Below the pieces are notes generated by a model, which was given only the letters and a program-made list of their open reading frames with translations, searched no databases and was not told where the DNA came from. From an uncultured Desulfovibrionaceae bacterium (GTDB taxonomy: Bacteria > Desulfobacterota > Desulfovibrionia > Desulfovibrionales > Desulfovibrionaceae), in the NCBI GenBank assembly GCA_964367875.1, contig CAYJAL010000001.1, positions 1 to 46,311 on the forward strand: a stretch of DNA of 46,311 bases, given 5' to 3'. This document shows, one piece after another, positions 32,331 to 41,753 of the stretch; positions within the stretch are counted from its first letter, which is position 1, and each line of letters begins with the position of its first letter. The position numbers were made by a program, and so were the translations under genes.

Positions 32331-33116
32331 GTGGCTAGAATTATTGCCATTGCAAATCAAAAAGGTGGGGTTGGCAAAACCACCACCGCCATTAACTTAG
32401 CTGCAGCTCTAGCAGTTATGGAAAAAAAAGTTCTGCTTATAGATTGTGATCCGCAGGCAAATAGCACCAGCGGCCTTGGCATTGTTACGGATGAAATGAA
32501 GGGTTCTGTGTACACAGCCATTTATAATCCGCAAGATGCCCTAGAATACGTCTACTCTACCGGCTCTGATTATTTGCATGTGCTGCCTGCCACCACCGAC
32601 CTTGTAGCCATTGAACTAGAGCTGGTGGATAAAGTGGGCAGAGAGTATTATTTGAGCGAATGCCTTGAAGTGCTGGATGAGCATTTTGAATTTATCATTA
32701 TAGACTGCCCACCATCTCTTGGGCTTATTACCTTAAATGCTCTTTGCGGTGCTAAGGAAGTGCTTATCCCATTGCAGTGTGAGTTTTTTGCTTTAGAAGG
32801 TATAGTCAAATTGCTACAAACTTTTGAGCAAGTAAAAAAGCGCTTAAACCCCAACCTTGCTTTGCTTGGCGTTGTGCTCACCATGTTTGATGGGCGTAAT
32901 AACCTTGCTCATGAAGTGCAAAATGAAGTTAAGCGCTGTTTTCCTGATCATCTTTTTGAAACCTTGGTACCGCGCAATGTGCGTCTTTCTGAGGCGCCAA
33001 GCCATGGTAAATCCATCATTCATTATGCCATTAAATCTACCGGAGCTGATGCCTATTTAAAGCTGGCCAAAGAAGTAATCTTACGCCGCGAAAAAAGTAC
33101 CGAGGCAGAGAGCTAA
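32331..33116 (+). CDS. parA: Chromosome partitioning ATPase ParA/Soj
   Basis: GTG start with an AAGGAG SD. The deviant Walker A is IANQKGGVGKTTTAINLA. Confidence 0.9.
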   Translation: MARIIAIANQKGGVGKTTTAINLAAALAVMEKKVLLIDCDPQANSTSGLGIVTDEMKGSVYTAIYNPQDALEYVYSTGSDYLHVLPATTDLVAIELELVDKVGREYYLSECLEVLDEHFEFIIIDCPPSLGLITLNALCGAKEVLIPLQCEFFALEGIVKLLQTFEQVKKRLNPNLALLGVVLTMFDGRNNLAHEVQNEVKRCFPDHLFETLVPRNVRLSEAPSHGKSIIHYAIKSTGADAYLKLAKEVILRREKSTEAES

Positions 33117-33117
33117 A

Positions 33118-33525
33118 TTATAATTGTTTTGGGGTGCATTCGTAATCAACTTTTCTATGGAAATGTTTTTTACGAATGGTAGCTCCACACCTACATTGAA
33201 ATACCAATAAGCCACCAAAGTTGGCATTGGTTAAATGGAAGGGATGCTCCGGATCATTTTCAAAATCAGTGGTGCTTTTGCCGCAGGCATCGCAGTGCAT
33301 GGAAGGCTCATAGGGATAGGTAAAATCCCAGCAATCTTTCAGCTCTTGCAAAGCGGCCAAGGCCTCTGGCTTTAAAAAGGGATCATCGGGAGCGCTAAGG
33401 GATGTGGCAGCGGCTTTAACCTGCCCTTCTACCTTTGCCCACAGCTCCATGGAAAGCTGAATAGATTGTGGATGCCCTTGCGGGTTAACCACATACAAAA
33501 TGTGATCTTGAGCCTTTTTATTCAT
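33118..33525 (-). CDS. Hypothetical Cys-rich (zinc-ribbon-like) protein encoded between parA and parB on the opposite strand
   Basis: 135 aa counted from ATG 33525 (MNKKAQDH), with AAGGAG 6 nt upstream. It contains HCDACGK...FQCRCG (CxxC...CxC). No family recognised. Confidence 0.6.
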   Translation of the reverse strand: MNKKAQDHILYVVNPQGHPQSIQLSMELWAKVEGQVKAAATSLSAPDDPFLKPEALAALQELKDCWDFTYPYEPSMHCDACGKSTTDFENDPEHPFHLTNANFGGLLVFQCRCGATIRKKHFHRKVDYECTPKQL

Positions 33526-33563
33526 GCAATACTCCTTAGGGAATTTATACAAGTGAGAACATT

Positions 33564-34535
33564 ATGAGCACATCACCACGCATGGGTCGCGGTCTGGACG
33601 CCCTTTGGGGCAATGCAGATGCTGGCGAAGTTAAAAAAAATACCAGCAGCATGGCCCTACATAATCTTATTCCTAACCCCAATCAACCGCGTAGGCAATT
33701 TGATGAACAAAGCCTAACAGAACTTGCTGACTCCATTAAACAGCAAGGTATTATACAGCCCATATTAGTGCGTCCCATAGCGCAAAGCAAGAACTTTGAA
33801 ATAATAGCCGGAGAACGCCGCTGGCGCGCTGCACAAAAAGCAGGCCTTAAAGAAGTGCCTGTTTTTATCAAAGACATGAGCGACGAAGAAGTCATGGCTG
33901 CAGCGCTTATAGAAAATATTCAACGCGAAAACCTTACCCCCATGGAAGAAGCTCTAGCCTTACAAAGCTTACGTGAAGAGTGTGGCATTACGCAAGAAGA
34001 ACTTGCCACACGCCTTGGAAAAAGCCGTTCTGCCCTGGCCAATACCTTGCGCCTTTTGCAATTACCCAAGTCCATGCAAGAGGCCTTAAATCAAGGCTCT
34101 ATGCAGGCAGGCCATGCACGTACCCTACTCAGCTTACAACAAGATAGCGACGCCCAAGAAAAACTTTTTGCCGCCATATTAGAACAAAAACTCAGCGTGC
34201 GCGATGCCGAGGCAGCGGTGAACTATGTAAAAGAGCATGCATGCTTTCCTTGGGAAAAAGCTCACAGTCACGAAGACAGCCAAAATGAGCAAGAAGTAGA
34301 AATCTCAAAGCCAGCCACAAAAAGCAAATCCAGCCGCACAAAATCCATATACCTTAAAAATTTGCAAGATAAGGTAAAAGAAAAAATGCTGGTCAAAACG
34401 GCCATCAGCGGCGATGAACAGCGAGGCCGCATTACCCTTACCTACACCAATGCCGAAGAGCTTATGTTTATTTTAGAGCATATGGGAGTGGATGGCAGCC
34501 CAGAAAATGATGATACGTTTCCCGTGAAACAGTAA
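33564..34535 (+). CDS. parB: Chromosome partitioning protein ParB/Spo0J
   Basis: LIPNPNQPRRQFDEQSLTELADSIKQQGIIQPILVRP and IIAGERRWRAA are the ParB box motifs. The HTH region is QEELATRLGKSRSALANTLRLL. Confidence 0.9.
   Translation: MSTSPRMGRGLDALWGNADAGEVKKNTSSMALHNLIPNPNQPRRQFDEQSLTELADSIKQQGIIQPILVRPIAQSKNFEIIAGERRWRAAQKAGLKEVPVFIKDMSDEEVMAAALIENIQRENLTPMEEALALQSLREECGITQEELATRLGKSRSALANTLRLLQLPKSMQEALNQGSMQAGHARTLLSLQQDSDAQEKLFAAILEQKLSVRDAEAAVNYVKEHACFPWEKAHSHEDSQNEQEVEISKPATKSKSSRTKSIYLKNLQDKVKEKMLVKTAISGDEQRGRITLTYTNAEELMFILEHMGVDGSPENDDTFPVKQ
34516..34531. promoter_or_regulatory. parS-like site (2 mismatches) in the last codons of parB
   Basis: Cgtttccc... read in full as cgtttcccgtgaaaca, versus TGTTTCACGTGAAACA. 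Confidence 0.6.
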
Positions 34536-34550
34536 AAAAACTCACTCACA

Positions 34551-34583
34551 AAAAAAGGCATAGCCCACGCTATGCCTTTTTTT
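34551..34583. terminator. Bidirectional rho-independent terminator after parB
   Basis: aaaaaa-aggcatagc (34555..34564), a loop, then gctatgcct (34569..34578) and ttttt. Confidence 0.8.
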
Positions 34584-34587
34584 GTGA

Positions 34588-34769
34588 TTAACTAGTCGAT
34601 GCTTAAAAACGAATTTTCATACGTTTTTAAGAAAGGCACGCTCACTCCAAATACCCCTTTCGGGGACGCCAGAAGTAAATTCTGGCTTATTTTACGTGGC
34701 GGCAAGCCATGCCATAGGCATGTCTTGTGTCGTCGACAAATGTTTAAGTAATTTTTCAGCGTCGACTAA
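34588..34769. repeat. Palindromic, highly structured intergenic element C (MITE-like or structured RNA candidate)
   Basis: The terminal inverted repeats are tagtcgatgcttaaaaa (34593..34609) and tttttcagcgtcgacta (34752..34768), matching 15/17. Four internal hairpins lie at 34602..34631, 34654..34665, 34668..34686 and 34703..34727. Confidence 0.6.
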
Positions 34770-36080
34770 CTATTTTTGCAAAACAGCCACGTACATACCC
34801 TCAAGGTAAGGGTGATTGTGGGGCGTTTGCCACTGATATACACAAAGGGCAGAAGGCTCTTCTTGTACAAATTTAGCCACCAATTTTTCATTTTCTTGGG
34901 GGTTCAAAGTACAGGTCATATAGATGCAGTATTGCCCTTTTTTAAGATTAGCAAAGGAAGCACGCAAAATCTTTTTCTGGAGTCCCACTAAATTGGACAC
35001 CATATTTTGCGTTCTCGTAAGGCGCATCTCAGGCCTTCTAGCCATGGTTCCAAAACCTGAACAAGGCACATCCAGCAAAATATTTCCCTGCCAATGAGGC
35101 ACCAGTTCCATGCTGGCATCGGCGCATACAATATGAGGGCTTGGCACTTTAAGCCTTCTGGCAGTATCAGCAAAAAGCATAAGTCTACTTTTATGCGTAT
35201 CACTGGCCAATGTTACCTCAAGTCCCTGCTCGATAAGCGCGAGTGATTTCCCGCCCTGCCCTGCGCATCTATCCCATAAAGGAGAAAACTTCAGCTCAGG
35301 CACATGGGTAAAGCAAAGCTTAAGCACCTTTTGAGAGCCGGCAGCTTGCCAAGAAAATGCACCTGTATCGTGCCATTTGTTCATACTGATACCGTCTATT
35401 TCACGTGGAACAGAAATAGTATCAAAAACAAAACCACTCCAGCCCACAGGGCTAGCACCGTGTGCCAAAAGCTCTTCTTGCAAAAATTCATATTTGGCGT
35501 GACGCGGGTTTAAACGAAGGGCAATTTTTGGCCTTTCTAAGCAGCGTTGCAAAACAAGCTCGGTATTTTCTTTGCCGTAACTTTGCACGTACAAATCATA
35601 CAGCCATTGCGGCACCGAATAAAAATCCTCTGCATTGGCGTAAAATTCTTTTTCTAGTGGCTTACCTTCAAGGCGAATAAGAGAGCGCAAAGTACCATTA
35701 CACACTTTTGAAAGCGTTTCCCCAAAGCGTTTTTTTACAAACTTCACCGCCCAGTTTACCGTGGCATGATGGGGCACCCTATCCAAAAAAAGCAAGGCAT
35801 AACCGGCCACGCGCATGACCACCAGCATTTCATCGGGTAAGGATTTACGCTTTTTCATAAGGGTATCAAAAATAGCATCCAGACGCAAAGCATAGCGCAT
35901 ACTCCCATACACCAGTTCAGTGCATAGGCTATGATCAATATGCGGCAAAGTAGTATTGCGTAGCCCCGTATCTAAAGAAGCTTGCAGCGGCTGCGATGGG
36001 CTTACATGCAAAAGAACCTGTACAGCCAAGGAACGCGCATCGGGTATATAATTTTCTTTTTCATCCATGATTTTATTCAT
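34770..36080 (-). CDS. rsmB: 16S rRNA (cytosine-C5)-methyltransferase RsmB/Sun
   Basis: 436-aa ORF with an N-terminal NusB-like region, then a C-terminal SAM methyltransferase domain (DRCAGQGGKS, LLDVPCSGFGTMARRPE, YMTCTLNPQENE). It follows fmt-DUF116, and its ATG overlaps the DUF116 stop (ATGA). Confidence 0.8.
   Translation of the reverse strand: MNKIMDEKENYIPDARSLAVQVLLHVSPSQPLQASLDTGLRNTTLPHIDHSLCTELVYGSMRYALRLDAIFDTLMKKRKSLPDEMLVVMRVAGYALLFLDRVPHHATVNWAVKFVKKRFGETLSKVCNGTLRSLIRLEGKPLEKEFYANAEDFYSVPQWLYDLYVQSYGKENTELVLQRCLERPKIALRLNPRHAKYEFLQEELLAHGASPVGWSGFVFDTISVPREIDGISMNKWHDTGAFSWQAAGSQKVLKLCFTHVPELKFSPLWDRCAGQGGKSLALIEQGLEVTLASDTHKSRLMLFADTARRLKVPSPHIVCADASMELVPHWQGNILLDVPCSGFGTMARRPEMRLTRTQNMVSNLVGLQKKILRASFANLKKGQYCIYMTCTLNPQENEKLVAKFVQEEPSALCVYQWQTPHNHPYLEGMYVAVLQK
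35397..35412. promoter_or_regulatory. parS-like site (2 mismatches) inside rsmB
   Basis: tatttcacgtggaaca. On the coding strand it reads in frame as V-P-R-E. Confidence 0.55.
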
Positions 36081-36913
36081 GCGTCATTTTCCTTGCTCGT
36101 AGCGGTTGGCGCGTCAGCAAAAGTTTGTAAGACCTCGTGCAAAAATGGCACTTGTATATGGGTATTAAAGCAGGGGCCAAAGGGGCGCTCATTGAGGATA
36201 CCGAAAACAGGTAAGGGATAGGTATCTTGAATGCCGGAGGTGAGGTCGCGCTCACAGGCCACAGCCAATATAAGTTTAGGCCTTGTTTCTACCACAATTT
36301 TTCTGGCAATAGTTCCGCCGGTGGCAATGACCACCGTTAAGCCATAAAGGTCGCGTAAATCTAAAAGCTCGCCTAGGGTGCATTTACCGCAGCGGCGGCA
36401 CAAATCTACATTTTGAGAAACCCTGTATGGGCAGTCTGCATTCTGGATACAGTGAGGCAGCAAAATCAAAATCTTTTTAGGGTCAATTTTTTTAGCCCCA
36501 TTGCCTAGCTCACTGAGCACCATTTCATTATTTACCTTCACAAAGGAAAGGCGGATTTTTTCACGTGGAACACGCACCACCCTACCCAGCATAAGCATAA
36601 GCGGAAACATAAGCCGCACAGTGAGGCCATGAATTTTTTTAATGCCCCAAATATTATTGCCCGTATAAACATAGTACACAAGGGAGGCGCACATCCACAC
36701 AAGGCATAAAATGAGCAAGAAGCTCACAAAGCCCAGAATATAGGGAAGGCTCACATGTATGCCCGAAAAACCCACATAAGGTATAAGCCATGCCAAAAGA
36801 ATAAAAAGGCATAGCAAAATGCAGGAGCCGTACATAAGAGTTATAAAAAGCCACTTACCTACTCCGCCGTAAAAAGCCTTAGGTAAGGAGTGAGGATTTT
36901 TTTTCCAAATCAT
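36077..36913 (-). CDS. DUF116-family membrane protein
   Basis: 278-aa ORF with N-terminal TM helices. The C-terminal domain reads LLPHCIQNADCPYRVSQNVDLCRRCGKCTLGELL...VIATGGTIARKIV...ILAVACERDLTSGIQD, which I recognise from memory as DUF116. Confidence 0.75.
   Translation of the reverse strand: MIWKKNPHSLPKAFYGGVGKWLFITLMYGSCILLCLFILLAWLIPYVGFSGIHVSLPYILGFVSFLLILCLVWMCASLVYYVYTGNNIWGIKKIHGLTVRLMFPLMLMLGRVVRVPREKIRLSFVKVNNEMVLSELGNGAKKIDPKKILILLPHCIQNADCPYRVSQNVDLCRRCGKCTLGELLDLRDLYGLTVVIATGGTIARKIVVETRPKLILAVACERDLTSGIQDTYPLPVFGILNERPFGPCFNTHIQVPFLHEVLQTFADAPTATSKENDA
36557..36572. promoter_or_regulatory. parS-like site (2 mismatches) inside the DUF116 gene
   Basis: tttttcacgtggaaca. It shares the identical 14-mer tttcacgtggaaca with the site at 35399..35412. 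Confidence 0.55.
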
Positions 36914-36915
36914 AG

Positions 36916-37929
36916 CTATGCCTGTACAGTGGCGAGTAAACCCTGCCCCTTGGTTAAATAGCCATTGGCAAAAGCGGCGGCGTCCATCTCCCCTTTGCCT
37001 TGAGGGCGAACTTTATCTAAAATATACCATCTATCGGCGCAGGCAATGCCTAATGTGCCATCACCAAGGCGCCATAATTCACCGCAAGCTGGCTTAGTAA
37101 GGCCGTCATCACCACAGGCCTCACAAGAGGCTATTTCAGCGCCTAAGCGCCCTGGGCTAAGCTTTATATCACAAAAATCTTTTTCAGGCCTCAAAAGGCG
37201 CGCTTGTGCACCAGGCCAAGAGGTGACGCCGCGCACCTGAGCATGCACTTGTTCTGCATTTTTAGAAAAGTCGATGATACCTTGCTCCTTGCTCAGCTTG
37301 GGGGCATGGGTAAAGGCGGCGTGATCTTGTTCTATGGAAGGGACATCTTCGCCCTGCACCATGCGCTGTAAAATTTCTAATAAGGTATCAGCGCCCACCT
37401 CTGCCAGAAGCTCGTGCATACTGTCAGAGGTATGCTCACCCACAGGCACAACACAGGTGGTGTATACAGGGCCGCTATCAAGACCTGCTTCCATGCGCAT
37501 AATGGCCACACCGGTTTCTTTGTGGCCGTCCATAATGGCCCTTTGAATGGGGGCAGCGCCGCGATAAAGAGGCAATAAGGAGCCGTGAATATTGATGGGG
37601 GCAATGCGCGGTATATCTAGCACTGCTTGAGGTAAAAGAAGACCATAGGCCGCCACCACCAGCACATCGGGTTGTAAGGCAGCAAGGACATCTCTATCTT
37701 CTTGATTTTTAAAGTTCAGCGGTTGGTATACGGGAATGGAATGCTCTTCGGCAAGAACCTTCACCGCAGGGGGCACAAGTTTTTTGCCGCGCCCTGCTGG
37801 CCTATCGGGTTGGCAATAGGCCGCAGTGAGCTTGCAAAATGGGGCGTCTAAAAGTTTTTGTAAAATATGAGCCGCAAAAGGTGGTGTGCCCATAAAAACC
37901 ACAGAAAGTTGAGCGCTATTTTGCCCCAT
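36916..37929 (-). CDS. fmt: Methionyl-tRNA formyltransferase
   Basis: 337-aa ORF with VVFMGTPPFAAHIL, CQPDRPAGRGKK and NIHGSLLPLYRGAAPIQRAIMDG. Confidence 0.9.
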   Translation of the reverse strand: MGQNSAQLSVVFMGTPPFAAHILQKLLDAPFCKLTAAYCQPDRPAGRGKKLVPPAVKVLAEEHSIPVYQPLNFKNQEDRDVLAALQPDVLVVAAYGLLLPQAVLDIPRIAPINIHGSLLPLYRGAAPIQRAIMDGHKETGVAIMRMEAGLDSGPVYTTCVVPVGEHTSDSMHELLAEVGADTLLEILQRMVQGEDVPSIEQDHAAFTHAPKLSKEQGIIDFSKNAEQVHAQVRGVTSWPGAQARLLRPEKDFCDIKLSPGRLGAEIASCEACGDDGLTKPACGELWRLGDGTLGIACADRWYILDKVRPQGKGEMDAAAFANGYLTKGQGLLATVQA

Positions 37930-37945
37930 ATTTCACCTCGTAAAT

Positions 37946-38464
37946 TTAACCTGTACGTTTGATGGCTTTCTTTACCTTGCCCTCAAACATGGTGCGCCGT
38001 AAACGGCTAATGTGATCTATAAAAAGTTTGCCATTTAAGTGATCAAATTCATGCTGCGCCACAATGGCGGGAAAATCTGTCAAAATTTCATCAACAGTAT
38101 TACCCTGTAAATCAGTAGCAGTAATGCGCACCGAGTCATGGCGCTTCACATCGGCTCTATAGCCAAAGGGCACCGATAAGCAGCCTTCTTGCCCGCTATT
38201 TATAAGCTCGCCCAAAAGCTCTAATTGGGGATTAATATACACGCGCAAGTCTTTTTCTTCATCTTCGCTGCCGGAAGTATCCATAATAAAAAGACGTATG
38301 GCATGCCCCACTTGTGGCGCAGCTAAGCCCACACCGGGGGCGTCGTACATGGTTTCAGCCATATCTTCCACCAGTTGGCGGATTTCTGGGCTAATTTCGC
38401 CCACAGGCTCGCATATTTTAGCAAGAAGGGGATCGGGATAGGACAGCAATTCTAAAATCGCCAT
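37946..38464 (-). CDS. def: Peptide deformylase
   Basis: All three deformylase motifs are present: GVGLAAPQVG, EGCLSVP and HEFDHLNG. Confidence 0.95.
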   Translation of the reverse strand: MAILELLSYPDPLLAKICEPVGEISPEIRQLVEDMAETMYDAPGVGLAAPQVGHAIRLFIMDTSGSEDEEKDLRVYINPQLELLGELINSGQEGCLSVPFGYRADVKRHDSVRITATDLQGNTVDEILTDFPAIVAQHEFDHLNGKLFIDHISRLRRTMFEGKVKKAIKRTG

Positions 38465-38548
38465 AAGGAACCTCAGATCTATTCACAAATTTCATTACAT
38501 ATATACCTAAGTAGCGCCAAAAGGCACTACCTAGGCAATAAAAATACA

Positions 38549-40396
38549 TTAAGCTTCGCTTTTAGCCTCAGTGACTACTTTTTCACGCAGGCGTAAACCC
38601 AGTTCGCGCAATTGCTTGGCAGAAACCACAGAAGGAGCAGCCGTTAATAAACATGTAGCTCTTTGTGTTTTGGGGAAAGCAATAACGTCGCGAATGCTAG
38701 GCGCTTCGCAAAGCAGCATCACCAAACGGTCAAGACCAAAAGCTATACCGCCATGAGGGGGCGCGCCATGCTCCAAGGCATTGATGAGGAAGCCAAATTG
38801 CTCTTCGGCTTCTTCAGGGCTAAAACCAAGGGCATTAAACATATCTCTTTGCACTTCACCGGAGTGAATGCGAATGGAACCGCCGCCCACTTCCGAGCCA
38901 TTAAGCACCATATCATAAGCACGAGCGCGAGCCTTGGCAGGATCGTTACGCATAAGCTCCATATGGCCTTCTGCCGGAGAGGTGAAGGGGTGGTGACAAG
39001 CCACATAACGGTTTTCTTCCGCATCGTGCTCATATAAAGGAAAGTCCGTTACCCATAAGAAATTAAAGGTATTTTCAGGGACTAACTTAAGGTAAGAGCC
39101 CAAATGCACGCGCAAATTACCGAGGGCAGCATTAACCATAGAGCTCTCCCCTGCTTGGAAGAAAGCAATATCGCCCACTTGCAAATCTAAGGCTTGCTTG
39201 ATGGCTTCTTTTTCTTCGTCAGAAAGGAATTTAGCAATGGGAGATTGCCATTCGTTTTCACGAACTTTAATCCAAGCCAAACCTTGAGCGCCGTAAATTT
39301 TTACAAATTCGGTAAATTCGTCAATTTCCTTACGGGATAAGCTTTCACCGCCGGGAACCTTCATACCCTTAACCAGCTCTGCCGAAGCAAAAAGCTTAAA
39401 GCCAGAACCACGTACAGAAGAAGTAATATCCACAAGCTCAAGGCCAAAACGTGTATCGGGCTTATCAACACCATAGCGACCCATGGCGTCATCGTATTTC
39501 ATACGTGGGAAGGGCAAGGTAATGTCCATGTTCTTCACTTTTTTGAACACATGGGCCATAAGATTTTCTGCCATATGCATCACTTGTTCTTCGTCCACAA
39601 AGCTCATTTCAATATCTATTTGTGTGAACTCAGGCTGACGATCAGCGCGTAAATCTTCATCGCGGAAGCAGCGCACTATTTGGAAATAGCGATCCATACC
39701 GGAAATCATAAGCAATTGTTTAAAAATCTGCGGAGATTGTGGCAATGCAAAGAACTGGCCTTCGTTGACGCGGCTAGGCACCAAGAAGTCACGGGCACCT
39801 TCCGGTGTGGACTTGGTGAGCACAGGCGTTTCAATTTCCAAGAAGGCATTATCATCTAAATAATTGCGCACAGCTTGAGAAACCTTATGGCGTAATTGGA
39901 AAATCTGCGCCATTTTTGGGCGACGCAAATCTAAATAACGCCATTGCAAGCGCAAGTTTTCACCGGCTTCGCAACGATCTTCAATGGGGAAAGCAGGAGT
40001 TTTAGAAGTATTTAACAGCTTCCACTCTTCTACTACCACTTCCACTTCACCGGTAATCATATTGGCATTGGTCATGCCTTCAGGACGAGGACGCACCTTA
40101 CCCTTAATGGCAAAAACATATTCAGAGCGCAAAATATTGGCTGTTTCGTGAGCAGCAGGCGCTGCCTCAGGGCTAAACACCACTTGGGTTAAACCCTTAC
40201 GATCGCGCATATCCACGAAAATAAGACCGCCATGGTCACGACGATATTGCGCCCAGCCCATAAGGCATACGCTTTCGCCGTCATTGGCAAGGGTTAATTC
40301 TGCGCAAGTATGTGTGCGCTTCCACTCACCAAGATCTTGAATATATTGTTGGTGCTCGGCTTGGACATTGAGATTTTGCTCATTACTCTGACTCAT
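38549..40396 (-). CDS. aspS: Aspartate--tRNA ligase
   Basis: Class II motifs are present: [18 protein letters not shown], and GGGSIRIH...[10 protein letters not shown]. The preferred start is ATG 40396 (MSQSNEQ), with GGGGAAG upstream. ATG 40411 is possible. Either start lies inside the 3' end of hisS. Confidence 0.9.
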   Translation of the reverse strand: MSQSNEQNLNVQAEHQQYIQDLGEWKRTHTCAELTLANDGESVCLMGWAQYRRDHGGLIFVDMRDRKGLTQVVFSPEAAPAAHETANILRSEYVFAIKGKVRPRPEGMTNANMITGEVEVVVEEWKLLNTSKTPAFPIEDRCEAGENLRLQWRYLDLRRPKMAQIFQLRHKVSQAVRNYLDDNAFLEIETPVLTKSTPEGARDFLVPSRVNEGQFFALPQSPQIFKQLLMISGMDRYFQIVRCFRDEDLRADRQPEFTQIDIEMSFVDEEQVMHMAENLMAHVFKKVKNMDITLPFPRMKYDDAMGRYGVDKPDTRFGLELVDITSSVRGSGFKLFASAELVKGMKVPGGESLSRKEIDEFTEFVKIYGAQGLAWIKVRENEWQSPIAKFLSDEEKEAIKQALDLQVGDIAFFQAGESSMVNAALGNLRVHLGSYLKLVPENTFNFLWVTDFPLYEHDAEENRYVACHHPFTSPAEGHMELMRNDPAKARARAYDMVLNGSEVGGGSIRIHSGEVQRDMFNALGFSPEEAEEQFGFLINALEHGAPPHGGIAFGLDRLVMLLCEAPSIRDVIAFPKTQRATCLLTAAPSVVSAKQLRELGLRLREKVVTEAKSEA

Positions 40397-41672
40397 TTGC
40401 TTCCCCGTCATAATCTTCTTGCAATTTTGTATAAAGGTATTCTTCTACTTCAGTAATTTTCATGGTGGTTTGATCGCCACTATCCATGTGTTTTACTGTA
40501 ACGCTTTCAGAATTCATTTCATCTTCGCCAATAATTAAAGCATAACGTGCATTAAGCTTACCGGCTTGACGCATTTGGCTTTTAAAAGAACCGCCATTAT
40601 GCGCATAATCACCCACTAGGCCAAAACGGCGCAGCACTGTGGATAAAAGGAATGTCATATGCGAGGCCACCAAATCATCACAATAAATAATTTGGAAATC
40701 AGGACGCTCTTTCGGTACTTCTGCAATGAGCATGGCCAACCTTTCCATACCGCAGGCAAAACCAATACCGGGTACATCTGGCCCGCCCAATTGCTTCACA
40801 AGGCCATCGTAGCGACCACCACCGGCAATGGAGGTTTGGGCGCCAACGCCATTGGAAACCACTTCAAAAGTAGTGCGGCAATAATAATCAAGGCCACGTA
40901 CCAAACGAGGATTGATTTCAACATTCACAATACTTTGAAAATCCAAAAATTTCAGCACATATTCAAAAGCATTAGTACATTCGGGGCACACATGATCTGG
41001 CAATTGCGGCGCAGCGGCGGTATGCTCTTTACAACTAGGTACCTTACAATCCAACACGCGCAAAGGATTGGTCTCTACTCTGCGTCTGCAATCTTCGCAT
41101 AAAGCGTCTTGATCCAGCTCGCGTAAATATTGCGTTAATAAGGCCTTATATTGCGGACGGCATTCAGCACAGCCAAGGGTGTTAATTTGTACTTGAAAAT
41201 CTTCAATACCCAAGGTGCGTAAAAAGTCGCTTAACATCACAATAACTTCAGCATCGGTTCTTGGATGCGCGGCGCCCAAGCATTCGCAATTTATTTGATG
41301 AAATTGACGCATACGACCCTTTTGCGGACGCTCATAGCGAAACATGGGGCCATAGGTGAAGAGCTTAGAAACTGGCTCTTGATTATGCTTTTTAGCTTGA
41401 ATATAAGCGCGCATAACCCCAGCCGTGGCTTCGGGGCGTAAGGTTAAAGAGCGATCCTTACGATCGGCAAAGGTATACATTTCTTTTTGCACAACATCGG
41501 TTTCTGTACCAATGCCACGGCAAAAAAGCTCTGTAAATTCCATAATAGGTGTGCGCAATTCTTCATAACCATAGCAATGAAAAACCGTACGAGCTGTTTC
41601 TTCTATAAAGCTAAAAACATCACTGTGAGGCGAAAATAAATCGGCAAAACCCTTAATGCTTTGTGTTGTCAT
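40383..41672 (-). CDS. hisS: Histidine--tRNA ligase
   Basis: 429-aa ORF with MQSIKGF-type N-terminus ([12 protein letters not shown]), [29 protein letters not shown] and GGGRYDGL. Confidence 0.95.
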   Translation of the reverse strand: MTTQSIKGFADLFSPHSDVFSFIEETARTVFHCYGYEELRTPIMEFTELFCRGIGTETDVVQKEMYTFADRKDRSLTLRPEATAGVMRAYIQAKKHNQEPVSKLFTYGPMFRYERPQKGRMRQFHQINCECLGAAHPRTDAEVIVMLSDFLRTLGIEDFQVQINTLGCAECRPQYKALLTQYLRELDQDALCEDCRRRVETNPLRVLDCKVPSCKEHTAAAPQLPDHVCPECTNAFEYVLKFLDFQSIVNVEINPRLVRGLDYYCRTTFEVVSNGVGAQTSIAGGGRYDGLVKQLGGPDVPGIGFACGMERLAMLIAEVPKERPDFQIIYCDDLVASHMTFLLSTVLRRFGLVGDYAHNGGSFKSQMRQAGKLNARYALIIGEDEMNSESVTVKHMDSGDQTTMKITEVEEYLYTKLQEDYDGEANESE

Positions 41673-41683
41673 ATATAACCCTT

Positions 41684-41730
41684 ATAAAAAATAAATGTGT
41701 TGAACCTGTTTTTTACCGCAGGCTCAACAC
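41684..41730 (-). terminator. Rho-independent terminator after purF
   Basis: On the minus strand, gtgttgagcctg, a loop, then caggttcaacac (arms 41697..41708 and 41719..41730), followed by atttatttttt. Confidence 0.6.
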
Positions 41731-41753
41731 GTAAAAGTACTCAATAACTCTTC

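Noticed and set aside
38490-38530. Hairpin after aspS (gtagcgcc-aaaa-ggcactac) as a terminator
   Set aside because: The stem has a mismatch (7/8), and on the minus strand no T-run follows. Too weak to annotate.
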